This document shows positions 50,663-64,000 of a stretch of DNA of 64,000 nucleotides, piece by piece. The notes under the pieces were generated by a model. That model made no database searches. It saw only the letters and a list, made by a program, of their open reading frames with translations, and had not been told where the DNA came from. The position numbers were made by a program, and so were the translations under genes. Source of the stretch: Eledone cirrhosa (Eukaryota); the NCBI GenBank assembly GCA_964016885.1, contig OZ024742.1, positions 292,020,001-292,084,000 on the forward strand. The letters run 5' to 3'. Numbering within the stretch: the first letter of the stretch is position 1; each line of letters starts with the position of its first letter.

Positions 50663-51170
50663 GTCATCATCATCATCATCATCTTCTACTTATTCCTGAG
50701 AGGGTTATGGGGGTAGAGTTCACAGAGTCCTATCAGAAGCACCATCTCCAAATGATTCAGCTGGATTCCCTAATGTGACCAACTGAGTTTATTTATGTTA
50801 TCCTGTGGTCTCCTGTCGGTTGGTTTTGCATGTAAAGTTTGTCGAGTGATCCATTCCTTAGACATTGAAACCACATGTCCATAGTACTGGAGCTATGATC
50901 TCTCAATGTAGAAAAGTTGTTTCTCTACTTCAAATGACTCCCTGATCTCTGAGCTAAGAACCCTATCGAGTAATGTTACTCCAAAAACCCTTAGCTGTAT
51001 TATTTCTGTCATTACCCGAGATTCATGACCATAAATAGAAGTAGGTACAAGGGCTAAATTGAAGATAGCAAGTGTGGCATTTACATCCACCTCCCCTCTG
51101 ATTAATAAGTGCTGAAATATATACAGTAGCTCTGTCTGCTTTTGCCAACTGGTACAACTGAAGTAAAGAA
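50663..51170 (-). pseudogene. Old RTE-like LINE 3' fragment
   Basis: LVPTSIYGHESRVMTE...IRESFEVE...IERS; (GAT)n tail at ~50663-50683. Confidence 0.7.
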
Positions 51171-51684
51171 GTTTTGATAAATTGGCACAAAAGCAATATC
51201 AATTACATTGTAAAAAACATACTCTCTAAAAGATAAAATCATGTTTGTGATCAGGTCTGTTCAAAGTGGGAGCCCTGTTCAGAAAGGAGAGCCCTGTTTG
51301 ATAAAGGGTGGCCAAAGACATTCGCCCTCATTGCCCCCCAATAAATTCAGCTCTGGTTGATATACAGGTGTAAGTAGGTAAGAGCACTCCACATCAGTTG
51401 TATCTAATTAGCATAAAGGTAACAATGTATTTACGAGTGGTGACCACTGTTAAAAAAGGTACTCAATATTATATGTATATTTTTAATTGATGATAGCACT
51501 AAGACAGTGTTTAAGCATAATAGATGTGTACATGAAAACATATATATAAAGGTATGTAACACTCATATTCAATAAACATGAGGATAGCCTCGCCACTGAA
51601 GAAAAACATTTTTTCGTAAAGAAACGACATGAAAAAAATGACATTTTTCTCTATTTTCCTTGGTGAATATATTACCGAATTACC

Positions 51685-51759
51685 AGTATGTTCTGAGAAT
51701 GTTAGATAGCTGTTTCAAGATTCATTAATCTCTCATCAGAAACACTCACTCAGAACATA
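51685..51759 (-). ncRNA. Hammerhead motif with long interrupted stem I, probably decayed
   Basis: UAUGUUCUGAG..GAGUGUUU CUGAUGA GAGAUU AAUG AAUCUU GAAACAGCUAUC|UAACAUUCUCAGAACAUA; one mismatch in the palindromic stem III. Confidence 0.6.
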
Positions 51760-52699
51760 GTGGCATGAAATAGACTATATAGTCTATATAGAATTTTGCA
51801 TGATGATCACTTGTTGGTGATACTCATTTGCATATAGTACGAGCTTGCCCGCTTATATTTAATCATCAGTAGCACTAAGAGAGCATTTAAGCATAAAACA
51901 GGTGTATATATATAAACATATATGATTCGCTCATATAAAATACATAGTGAGAGAAAGAGAGGGAGGTGGAGTAAGAGAGAGAGAAGGAGGAAAAGATGAA
52001 ATATATATATGGTTTGATCTGGCCGTCACTATGGAAAAAACCAAGTTTTCATAAAAAAAGGCATGAATTCTAACTGCATAGATATCATCATCAATACACA
52101 CACTTGTTGAAAAAACATGTTGTGCATGTTTTTATATTCTCTATGTTGTTTTGTGTACAATAATTGTATATAATGCAAAGTAATTATGATAAAATATTGC
52201 AGAATAAGGAATATGCAATTATATATTGATCTTGCAGTTTCAATTGAATTAAATACTAAATGTGTATTAAGTATTGTATAGATTGTTATTGTATGTTTTT
52301 GTATCATTTATTGAACAGGCAACAATAAGATTCATATGCAATAAAAATGCAAATCATCCTTTCTTTCTTAAATAGCTCCTCTTATTTTATTTTTGTTCTG
52401 TGGAATTTGCACGGGTCCCTTTAGTACAAGTATAATGTACTTACAGAATGTTAACACCAAATGGAGCATCCATTTGAATGTATAACATGTTTTTTTCAAA
52501 TAATACATAGAAAAGATATACTAAACACTATTTATGGAGGTGTACATTTTTTTAATGTGGTATATGAAAAGACATCAGAATCTTCAACATTCGATGCTGT
52601 CTATTAAGTAGGGTCATATTTAGAATAGTAAAAAGAATATGAATTCCTGTGTGGGCAAATAGGAAACATTTCTGATTTCCTATTCAATAAATTTAGATG

Positions 52700-53420
52700 A
52701 GAATTGGTTATTAAGAGACACTCTTATAAACAAAGGTTACACCTTAGGTTACCTGGCTCACAGGCCTTTGTGGTTTTCAAAACAGATCAATATAGGAAGT
52801 AACTGATGTTAGGATTTTTAAATCTCATGTATAACTGGCAAGCAAGATTGAATTCTTCAGTTTTACATTCCTAAAAGAATGAAGGTGGGAGTAGTACCAT
52901 GACTTAAAACTATTTGATGTTGTACCAATGTAAGCTTTAGCACTATTAGATGTGGAAACAGCACACTGATATACTATGCTAGTAACAAGACAATTACCAT
53001 AAAGAGGGCAACCTTCCGGGTATCTGCAATTGTAGTTCAGGTTAACTATTGGGTTTCCCTGAGCATTATGAAGAGTATTAAGATTATTTAAAGGGTTTTC
53101 ACTTCAACAAAGGTATACTTTACTCCTAGTTCTCCATGCAGTTGTTCTCATAGACCTAGTTAAATTGCCTGATGTTATAGTATATTTACCTAGTTTTGCA
53201 CTGTTGCTAGAGGCTAAATAATCTGCTAAATTAGGTGTGGTTGAAAAGAAAAGTTTGATACTATTTTCATTTAGCAGGTACTTATGTGTTTGAGGAAAGT
53301 TTTTATCAACCATTTACGTATATTTGAAATTATATGCTTATTATAAGGTGAATTAAACCAGGTGGTGGGCCTCCTATGGTTTGTCTTACTACCTAAAATT
53401 GGGGTGTTATTATTTCATGG
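52700..53420 (-). pseudogene. Decayed Penelope-like fragment
   Basis: WFNSPYN...VDKNFPQTHKYLLNENSIKLFFSTTPNL resembles the Penelope RT-to-endonuclease linker (WFNPP...IDKHFP...IKISYS..PN). Confidence 0.6.
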
Positions 53421-55574
53421 ATGGAAGTTGACTGATGTAATGTGAAAGTCTAGTTCATTATTGTTGCTATGAGAGTTATTAATCTTAGATGTAGGGATAT
53501 TAAGGAGCTTAATAGAGCCTATTACATGAACTTGTGGTGAATTTGAAAGTTTATGTACGTGATGCTTATGCAGTAATTCTCCGCCTATTCTTATTTAAAT
53601 TCCTATCCTTATAAATATTTTTGTTACTACTAGTTATAATTCTATTATTGTCCTCATATCTATTATTGTTATCATATGTGAGCTCTTTGATACTATCCCT
53701 ATTTGTGTTAGATATGATATTTACTGTCTTATTAGAAGAGGCAATTACTTGATCATTAGCTTTATTATTAGTGTCATTTTGCTGAGATTCAATATTTTGA
53801 TCATACTTAGATCTATGTAATGTACTATATTTGAATTTCTACATTTACGGTTATTGAGATACAAGTTGTATTGGCTTTTCTCATCATATCCTGATCTAGT
53901 TAATGCCTTATTGTTCTAATATCGCTTCTACGCAATATTTGAAAAAGACACATTACATATTCAAAAGTACATGCCATTCAGTGTTAACATTCTGTAAGTA
54001 TTTTATACTTGTATTTTAACCCTTTAGCATTTAAACTGTCCATATCTGGCCAGAATACTCTCACTTCTTTCTCTTCTGTACCGGCTGTAAATGGCCACTC
54101 ATACTTGTGTTAAGGTATTGTTCTCAAAATACATAATATCAAAATCTCATAGACTCAATATTATATGAGATAATTATGTGAGGTAAAGTGTTCACCATGA
54201 AAATACAATAGTATATATAGAGTAAATAGTACAAGGTTAATACATGAACAGTAATTACAGCATGTGGGCTTATATACGCCACATATTTTACTTCTTTGCA
54301 GCTTAAAATCAGAGTGCTTAATGCTGTTTTGTTTATAAGCTTGTTGGACGTTGTAAATGGTTGAGTATGTGTGTATATGTGTGACATCCAAACAAGTATC
54401 CTCAACCTCCAACTAACTTACCCTCTGCCTCTGGGTCCCAGCTGGCATTGCTCAGAAGGACAGTGAGGGAGTTGTGCTGGAACAGCCACTCCCACCTTGC
54501 AGGGCTTGCCACTGTGAGCAGTCAACTCTGATCCAATAACAGTGAGCAGGTTATGTAGTCCAGGGGCCAAGAACGTCAGAAGTCTCCACTGCTACAAGCT
54601 CTACCACAAACCTATCAAAGAGTGACTGATACTTGGCAAGTTTGCCCTCTTCCGCATGGGGGTGGAAGCTTTTTTTTATTTTTTAAAATACATTTACCTC
54701 TATTCTCAAACACTCTTTTTCTCAACATACATACAGTGGAAGTTAGCTGCCCAGCAGATGCTAATATAGTATTAAAGATCAGTGAAAAGGAGAATATCTA
54801 TGCAGAACTAATGAAAAATCTGCAGATACTCCACCCTGACTATACCTTCAGATTTATACCTGTGATTATTAGGGTGCTAGAATATGTTGGTAACTGCCTC
54901 AGTACAAATCTTGAGAAATTAGGCTTCACAGAAAAAGAAAGAACACGATTAGTTAGGAAATTACAAGTACAATCCATTAATGGAACAATAAAAATATATA
55001 AAACATTCCAAAAATTCTGCATCTAATAACTGCATATGCACATGCACAGATACAAAGCATATGCACATGTATATATACACATTCACATACATTAACATCA
55101 ATACCTGCACACATGCATGCATGCAGACATATCTACCTAGTTGATGCTGTTTAAATTCCAATGAGAGAGTCTTGTATCTATGTTAGAAACCAACTCACTC
55201 TCTATTGGTAAAAATTTATAAAATTATAAAACCAGAACATACATACATACCTTCATACATACTGGAAGAAATGAGTTGTGATATCATTGGTTCCAAACCT
55301 TTGTGTTTCTCTTAGGCAACATCATATTTAGGATACATAGTGTATAAATAGTGTATAAAAAGTGTATATATAGTATATATAGTTGAATTGTAAAAACACT
55401 GGTGCCAAGCAGTATTGGCTTTTACCATTCCTTTGGACAACATCGGTGACATAGAGAGGAGAAACTGATTGCACAAAACACTTCCACAAAACACTTTGCC
55501 CAGACTCACACCTTGGAGAGAGACATTCAAGGTGAAAACACATGGACTTATTATTATTTTATTATTATTCCCTT

Positions 55575-55716
55575 TATGGTCTGAGTTCAACTCCCACCGA
55601 GGTTAACTTTGCCTTTCATCCTTACAGGGTCGATAAAATAAAGCACCAGTAATACACTGGGATAATTACTGGCCTTGTGCCAAAAGTAGAAATCATTATT
55701 ATTATTATTATTATTA
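55575..55716 (+). mobile_element. SINE 3' part with (TTA)n tail abutting the R4/Dong element
   Basis: GAGTTCAACTCC...CCTTTCATCCTTACAGGGTCGATAAAATAAAG...(ATT)n. Confidence 0.85.
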
Positions 55717-55860
55717 CAGTTGCATTTATCTTGCTTTATGTTCATACGAGTTATCACCAAGTCACAACCAGTGACCTCAAGAGACAACAAGGTCCGCCAT
55801 GTTCAAGAAAGAACATACATACTCACACATGCATCTTTAGTGTTTAGACTTGTGATGTAC

Positions 55861-58800
55861 TTATATTGACAGAATCTTCCTTAGTATATGGGCAGTTCCC
55901 ATTAGTACTATCTTTTATATTTCTCCTATACGCGGGTTTCCTGGGATTTGCGATAAGTAATCATTAGACCCCTTAGGTATCATTCCCAGAGCGCCTACAA
56001 CCACTGGTATTGTTTTAGTTCTCAATTTCCACATTTTTCCAATTTCTATCTCCAGGCCCTTATACTTGCTCAATTTTTCAAATGTTTTTATAGATACATT
56101 CTTGTCTATTGGAACAGACATATCAATTAGCAGGCATACCCTCTTTTTAAAGTCCTTCAATATTATATCAGGTCTATTTGCATCTATTTTTCGGTCTGTT
56201 TGGATGCTAAAGTTCCACAAGATTGAGATGTGATCTTTTTCAAGTATGGGAGGTGGTTGATGTTCCCACCAATTCTTTTGATGGGGCAGGTCAAAATGCT
56301 TACACATTATCCAATGTATGTATTGTGCAGCTCTGTCATGCCTGTTTAGGTATTCGGTTGGAGCTATAGGACTGCACATTGAAATTATATGGTCAATGGT
56401 CTCTGGTTGTTTTTTGCATACACGGCATAATGGGCTGCATCCATTTTTTATTATGTTGGCTTGGTAATTTTTTGTTGGCAGACACTGATCTTGTGCTGAT
56501 ATAATCAGTCCTTCAGTCTCCGATTTCAGTCCAGAGGATGCCAACCACTGATGGGTTAAAGTTTTGTCAACATCAGGATTGTTAGCTCGCTCTGGGTATT
56601 TTCCATACAGAGGCTTTTCTTGCCATTTCTTAGCCAGTTTCTGTAGCAGTTCTTTCTTTGCAGTTACTTTTACCTGCTTTGCTTTTTCTGTGTTTTCCAT
56701 TTCAGCAGTAAATGGAACTTCTGAAATTTGTAGTCCATTACTGTATCTTTGTGCATCTTTTGTAATGGAATATGATCTTTTGATGCTTTTGTGTTTCAAA
56801 ACGAGTTTGATCATCCAATAATGTGATTCCCTTAGATATGTAGATAATCCAATTGTTGCAGTTTTCAACGCAATGTCTAACTGGATTAACCCACGTCCTC
56901 CTTCTTTCCTAGGGAGATATATTCTATCTATATCTGCCTTAGGGTGATGCATTCTGTGCATGGTTAAGAATTTTCGAATTTTTGTATCGAGCCTATGGAT
57001 CTCTGTGCTTGACCAGTTGATGACATTGTAACTGTAGGTTACTACTGGTATGGCAAGCGTGTTTATGGCATCGATCCTATTCCTTGCATTCAATTCCGTT
57101 CTTAAGATTGCTCTTACTCTGCGGTAACATTCCTTCCTTATCCTTTCCCTCATTGTCGAGTGCTTGATTCCGTCTCCTTCACAAACACCTAGATATTTGT
57201 AAGTTTTTTCTTGATCAAGTTCTCTTATCACGTTCCCCCGATCAAGATTAATGTCTGAACTCTTCAGCAGCTTTCCTCTGGTGAACGTTGCTTTGGCGCA
57301 TTTATCTCGTCCAAACTCCATTTTAATGTCATCACTGAACTGCTCCACAGTGGATAATAGCCCTTGTAATTGTTCATCATTTTTTGCAAATAGTTTCAGG
57401 TCATCCATGTAGAACAGGTGATTAATGGTTTTTATATCCATATTTTGTTTGATTGAGCATTTTACTTAATGGTATAAGTGCGATGCAGAATAAAAGCGGT
57501 GATAAAGAGTCACCCTGAAAAATTCCACAGTTAATATTAACTTCTCCAGCTTCCAGTGATTTTGTTTCACTATTCAAAAGGAGTGTCGTTTTCCATGTCC
57601 TCATACTGAATGACAAAAACCTCCTGACAACGGGGGATATTTTGAAAATCTCTAAACATTTTTCAATCCAACTGTGTGGCAAACTATCGAATGCTTTTTT
57701 ATAATCTATCCAAGCAATCGATAGATTTTTGTGTCTATTATGACAATCTTCCAGTATCATTTTGTTAACCAGAAGCTGATCCTTACAGCCATATGAGCCT
57801 CGTTTACACCCTTTCTGCTCAATGGGAAATAGGTCATTTGTTATCAGGTGGTCATATGTGTATTCAGTTAGGACTGATGTTAAAATTTTATATATTGTGG
57901 TCAAGCAAGTTATCGGTCTGTAATTTTGGGGATTGTTTGTCTCATCATTCTTCGGAAGCAGGAATGTAATGCTGTTAACTAGCCATGATGGTATCTTTTC
58001 TGGCTCCTTAACTATTTCATTGTAAAGTTGGGCTAACAGCTCATGAGACTCTGTGAAGGCATTTATCCAAAAGTTTTGTATTTTGTCTTTTCCTGGGGAT
58101 TTCCATTTGCTGGTTTTTCTTAGAGCCAAGCGCAACTGTTCAACTGTTATATTTTCCCATATTTGTTCCTCAAGGTGAGCTGTATCTTTCATTTGTCTGT
58201 CTATCCATGGAGCATGTATGTTATGAACTTTTTCTTCAGCCCAGATCTTTTCCCAGAATTCTTGCACTTCCTCCTTGGGTGGTATTGATTTAGCAGTTAT
58301 TGTTGACTTACCAATTTTTCTGTAGAAGTTTCTTTGGTTGTTTTTGAACATATTATTGTCCTTATAGAATCTAGATCGTTTTTCAAAGCGCCTTATACGA
58401 GCAGCTTTGGCCGACACTTTTTGCTTGATTATTTCTATCAGCATGTCTATGTCACATGTTGATTTTATACTGTACTTTTTTTTCAATTTTCTAAGTTTAG
58501 TTTGTTTAACATGTTCACCTACTTTATAGTTTGTTAAAATTTCTATGTCAGATCGGAGAAGGTTTATTTGGCGATTGATGTTCTCTTGCCAAGTAGATTT
58601 CTTGTGGGAATTCCTTTGTTTTTTCATCTTCACTCCACATAAGTGAGTGATGACTTTAGCCGATGCATAATAGAGATGATTTAAATCAGTAATGTTTAGT
58701 TTGTTTGTGATGATAATGTTTTTGAGAATTATGTTAGTCTTGTGTATTATCTTTTGGTTCTGTTTGGAGTTCTGGATCTTAGGGAGGGTGTCTTGTTGCC

Positions 58801-59500
58801 CCATGTCAGATTCTTTCATTTTCATCCATTCGATCATAATTTCATCCTTCAAGTTGGCAAGTTCATTCTCATTCATTTCTTTATCATTTACGATCTCATT
58901 ATTTTCATTTGGAGTTTCATCCTGAGCATGCACTCCCTCCACTTTTTCGATCCTTTCTTTAATTTGTTCTGTTGCCAGTGATTCCGCCCCAACCCTGGGA
59001 TTCGAAGTGTTACAGTTTACCTCGTTTTCACTGATACATGTTTCATTTTCCCTTCGCTGACTTTGTGCTAATAGCTTGATCTGATCAATTTCTATATCAG
59101 TTAGTAACTTTTTTCTTACAATATTTCTTTGTATATTGGCTAGTTTGTTACTGTCAATATAGCCTCTGTTTTTGGGATGTTTCTTTTTCCAGTTGATATA
59201 TGTCTGTTCTGTATTCGATGTATTTGATGGGTAGTATATGGCAGTGTAGAAAGCCGCAAGGACTTCTTTATTATCTTCCCTTGACCATTTTTCTCTCTTT
59301 TTCTTTGGATTTCTTGGTGGCGAGCATGGAGGGCCAACAGTAGGAGTATTCCGGTTATGGGAGGTCTCCAGCTCCGAAGTGATGGGAAGGTTTGAACCAT
59401 TAGCTGATTTTTCGACCCCAGTCTGGTTCCTCTCTGAGGGACGCGGCCCTTTTTTACCCGGGTGACGGCCGATCCGGTATGAGATTTTATCATTAGACAT
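55861..59500 (-). pseudogene. R4/Dong ORF (~1200 aa) with one frameshift (~57430) and a late premature stop (55915-55917)
   Basis: ORFs 57422-59500 and 55915-57441 join across a frameshift; after the stop the frame continues KIVLMGTAHILRKILSI*. Confidence 0.9.
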
Positions 59501-59537
59501 TTACTTTATTTTGTCGCGTTTTATCCTTATCTGCCAA

Positions 59538-59654
59538 GGGGTAATCATTTCGTGTTACCACTTCTAGAACGAGTGTCAACCAAGACTAGAGGGGTCATTC
59601 TCCCCTAGAGACACGGCTATTCCCCGCCGGCCACCATCCCGGTATTTCTTGGTC
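59538..59654 (-). ncRNA. Candidate HDV-like ribozyme in the R4/Dong 5' UTR
   Basis: P1 GACCAA/UUGGUU with a G-U first pair and P3 GAC-CCCUCUA-GUC directly before P1'; P2 and J4/2 are imperfect. Confidence 0.4.
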
Positions 59655-60628
59655 ATGGGGTTTTCTTTTTGTTGTTTTTTTAAATTGTTATTATCATGAG
59701 TGGTTCCTTAATGTGAGCATTGCGTGGCTTAAGAATGAAATTATTAATAATTGTCTCCACTCCAGGCACAAGGCCAGCAATCACCCAGTGCATTACAATA
59801 ATATAATATACTTTTTGCTGAAGTTGCCTGTTATTGTTGTTGGCTATGTCGGTGGTGGTGCCGGGGCTTTTTATATTGTTGGTGAGGAAGGGGTGAGCCA
59901 GCAGTCCCATAGTTGTTGATGTTGACGTTTGGCCGGTTGACTATTTATATCTTTTGCTAGCCTCTCCCTTGTCTAGTGATACCGCCACCTTCCCCTTTCT
60001 CTCTCAAGTTAACAGGGGAATAGTGGTGGTAGCAATGAAGGAGTGGTGGCGGCGGTGATGGGATAGTGGTAGCAATGATGGATGGGGTGATGGCGGCGGT
60101 AGCGTTGTCGTTACTGAGTTTTGTGATATGTAGTATCTATGAGTTTGTGTTCGTATGTTTAATATATATTGTGTTGACATATTCCCGTAAAATTGGGATT
60201 AAACATTTTGTTAAAACTTGAGACAATAATAATAGTAATTATTATTATGATGCTGGGATTGATGGTGGTGGTGGTGAAATTGCCGTTATCTGGCTGTTAT
60301 ATTTAGTGTGATGGGATAGATAGTGTATCAAGTTTCTGGTGTTGGTGAAATTGCTGTTATTTGGCTGTTCTATATAGTGTAGACAGAGGGTGTTTTCTTC
60401 CATTTATAACCATTTTCTTTTTTTGAATACAAAATATATAATACAAAATTGAATATTTGAGCGATATAACAATATAATATGGATCCGAAATTTTATGCGA
60501 CTTCATTCGGTGGTTTATGCAACATTTGTACTAAGAATTGTTATTTCACAATTGATTTAAATATGTTAAAAATCAAAAACTTACGGGAGCGATTTCATAA
60601 CCTTCTACCACCTCGTGTGTCTTCTTCC

Positions 60629-60660
<32 letters not shown>

Positions 60661-61579
60661 GATAGTAGTAGTAGTAGTAGTAGTATATTATATATATATG
60701 TGTGTGTGTGTAGAAGGGGGGGAACCAAGGAAGACATGGCATGAAGTTGTAAGGAACAAACTCAATAAACTGAAGCCCATGAAAGAGATGACACAGGACC
60801 AAGTGAACAGGCAATACACCATAATACAAAAGACCCATACACCAACACAAGCACTGTGATATGGAAAGTAAATTTAGGGAGAAACTAGAGGCCTTCATGA
60901 TTAAACAGAGACAATTTTGTGTCTGAGAGGTTATTTTTTCAGTTTGTCATATGACAATTTCTTTATAACTTTTCCCATAATAAAACACGCCCAGTCCACT
61001 CTGTAAAGTGGCAGTGCTGGTGGCATGAAAAAGTGTTCCCAGTACACCTTGTGAGATGGACTGTGTTAAGAAGGGTATTCAGCCTTAGAAGCCATGCCAA
61101 ATATGGAATGTACGAATGAAACAATGTTGCTCCAGCCAGCCTCTTTTTGAACCATGAAAACCTGCCAGTGGGGAAATCATCATCATCATCATCACCATTT
61201 AATCTCCATTTTTCTATGCTAGCATGGGTTAGACGAGTTGTCTTATCTGAGACAAGTTGGGCCAGATGACTGTGTTTTGCTCATATAGAACTGGTTCTGG
61301 CTTGGTTTCTACAGCTGTGTGTGTGTGTGTATGTCTGTGTGTTTGAGTGAGTGTGAGTGTGTATGTGAATGTGTGTGTGTGTGTTAATAGATACAACGAT
61401 TCTATCAAAATCTAATTGTTTTGGTTTATTCTGAACCAAAAAACAGTTTGACACCTTTAGATTCCATTCCTTGCTTTTTTTTCTTCTTTCTTTTTTGGGG
61501 GAGGGGAAGCTCTTTTTGTTTTTTTTAACACATTTTTACCTCTATTCTCAAACTTTCTTTCTCACTTTCTCTCTCAATA

Positions 61580-61609
61580 AATACATACGTACACACATGC
61601 ATACATACA

Positions 61610-61640
<31 letters not shown>

Positions 61641-62005
61641 GTATGTATACAAATACATATGTACATTCATGCATGCATGCATGCACAAGTATGTACATAC
61701 ATGCATACATACATACATGGATGCATATGTAAGTACACTCATACATATATATACACATACTTACATGCATACATACACACATGCATACATACATATATAC
61801 ATACATGCATATATGCATACATAAGTATGTGCATACATACATGCATACATATATAAATACATACATACATACACACATACATGCGTATATACATGCATAC
61901 ATATATAAGTATGTGCATACATACATGGATGCATGTATACATACATACATGCATACATACATACATAAATACATACATACATACATACATACATACATAC
62001 ATACA
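61580..62005. repeat. (TACA)n compound microsatellite
   Basis: Direct reading. Confidence 0.96.
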
Positions 62006-62159
62006 TTACTATCTATGTAAATATCTATAAGCCTCTTAAAGAAGTTTGCTAATATATTGCAATAGTTACTGCCAGATCAATTGTTGGGTAAGTTTTACAC
62101 AAGAGAAACATAGTGTCTTTAATTTAGATAAGATTCTCACCTTTTTAACTGTCACATGA

Positions 62160-62162
62160 TAT

Positions 62163-62206
<44 letters not shown>

Positions 62207-62255
62207 ATACTACTACTAGCACCACCACCAACACTACCACTTCCACCACCACCAT

Positions 62256-62315
<60 letters not shown>

Positions 62316-62510
62316 CACTACTACTACTACTACTATCTCTGCTGCTGTTGCTGCTATAACAATATCACTGCTTTAGTTGTCATATGATTTTTGCAACAAT
62401 AGCTACAACAACAACAGCCACCGCAGCAATAACAGCAACAACAACAACAATAAAATGTACTACAACACCACCACCACCACTACCACCGTCACAATCACCA
62501 CCATCATCAT
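62160..62510. repeat. (CTA)n/(CCA)n/(CAA)n trinucleotide repeats
   Basis: Direct reading. Confidence 0.95.
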
Positions 62511-62816
62511 GTACAGTTAAATTAAATTAAGGGAAATGTGAAAGTTCAATCCAGTGATGTTAGTGCAAGAAAGTAACTGGGGATATTACGTAAACAATAA
62601 CAATAACAACAACAATAAACATAGTTAAATGTTCCTTGAGATCAAACCTCTTTATAATTTTATTTCCTAATCTTTAACTCTTATTTCGAAAATCTTAGGC
62701 AGTGTTTTTCATAATAAATATGGTCATGAAAAGGTTAAAATGTTTATATTTATCTAAAAACATACCATCATAATTTTATGTAAGAACCTTTGTTAAGTTA
62801 TATTCCAAATACCTGT

Positions 62817-63165
62817 TTAACCATTTAGCATTTAAACCAGCTGTATTTGATAGGAATTCTCTCATCTCTTTTTGTTCAAACCGGGTGTAACTGGCTGCTC
62901 ATACTTACGTTAAGGTATTGTTCTCAAAATAAATAACATCAAAATCTTGTAGATTCAATATTATGTGAGATAATTACGTAAGATAAAGCCTTTACTATTA
63001 AATATAGAATAATGTAAATATTAATGAGTTAATAATGAGAAAGTTAATTATATGAGTAAACCCTTTCAAATGTTTGATTATTTAAAACATTATTTGAAAA
63101 TCATAGGGAATGTCCTGAAAGGGGGTGCCCAAGTATGGCCTCAGACGGGTGGCTGGAACAGGTTA
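62817..63165. mobile_element. TTAA-bounded MITE-like repeat (related copy ~54016-54320)
   Basis: TTAACC(A/C)TTTAGCATTTAAAC start and shared TTAAGGTATTGTTCTCAAAATA...CAATATTAT body; ends GGTTAA; piggyBac-like termini inferred. Confidence 0.5.
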
Positions 63166-63317
63166 AAAAATAAAAGAATGTCTTTCATTTGAAACATGGT
63201 ATTCAGTTTATATAAGACAAAATCTAGCTGTTATTTACATGTGAAATTTTAATAAAAATTGGTTCAAATATTTCAAGGTTGTTCAATTTGTCTGTCAATA
63301 TTACTATTTATTATTAA

Positions 63318-63518
63318 GGGCAATAGATTGGCAGAATTAATTAACAGTCAGATAAAATGCCATTGAGTGTTTGTTTCAAATCCCGCCGAGGTTAGCTTTG
63401 CCTTTCATCCTTACAGGGTCAATAAAATAAAGCACCAGTAATGCACTGGGGTCGATTTAATTGACTTTCTCCTACCCTTCAAATTTCTGGCTTTGTGCCT
63501 AAAGTAGAAACAATTATT
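63318..63518 (+). mobile_element. tRNA-derived SINE
   Basis: GGGCAATAGATTGGCAG...TTCAAATCCCGCCGAGGTTAGCTTTGCCTTTCATCC...AAAGTAGAAACAATTATT. Confidence 0.85.
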
Positions 63519-64000
63519 GATTCCCAGACCGGGCGATGTGTAAATGTCCTTGAGCAAGACACTTTATTTCACATTGCTCCCTCTGCCTGGATTTGTGACT
63601 GACAGATAGTATTAGCAATTGGAAAGACCAATGGAAACATTGTTTCCTTGGTCCAATTTGATGAGCTCCACCCCACTCGTTAAGCGAATGAGGTCTGGGA
63701 TCTTGTTGATAGACTGTTGATATATATATATATGCACACACACACATATGTACATATATATATAATATAAATGAAAATAGAGAAATTAATGTGAGCAAGA
63801 AGCCAACAGTATTTCATAATATATATAAGTGACTATAATCAAATTGGAAAATAATTAACGTAAGAACGGGGGGAGCAGGGTACATTACATAGAGACCAAG
63901 AGGGAAGCTAGGCGACAAGTATACTTAGCTAGGAGGGAAGCAGAGGATAGAAAATTCAAGCATGTTTTACAACGTGAGGACCAGAAACAGGAGGTATTCA

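Larger units (their letters stand above)
55717..59690 (-). mobile_element. Near full-length R4/Dong-type non-LTR retrotransposon (RT + CCHC + restriction-like endonuclease)
   Basis: WKSPGKDKI, NYRPITCL, WIDYKKAFDS, GIFQGDSLSPLLF, FYMDD, CRVC..ETIDHIISMC, RPDIIL..LLIDMSVP..KLSKY; boundaries approximate. Confidence 0.93.

Overview
AT-rich, microsatellite- and retroelement-dense metazoan DNA. The repeat families and gene architecture suggest a mollusc, probably an octopus (inference). The only host gene I can support is the 3' half of MCU (mitochondrial calcium uniporter): three + strand exons at 30323-30486, 36062-36265 (WDIMEP pore motif) and 37810-38007. No upstream exon was recognised, so positions 1-30322 are probably one giant intron. 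The rest is nested mobile DNA: Penelope-like elements (RT + GIY-YIG, fold-back pseudo-LTRs), RTE LINEs, a Tx1/L1 fragment, a nearly intact R4/Dong-type element, CRE remnants, tRNA-derived SINEs and MITEs. The most striking hidden signal is a dense population of type I hammerhead ribozyme (HHR) motifs from several sequence families, most in head-to-head fold-backs next to (TA)n. The best case is a 3.25-copy tandem array of a highly structured 310-bp non-coding unit (22797-23804) with one minimal hammerhead per unit, which fits a circular-RNA retrozyme. It sits in a captured copy of MCU intron sequence whose donor (30498-31010) shows the empty site. All structures were read by eye; no folding or database search was run.
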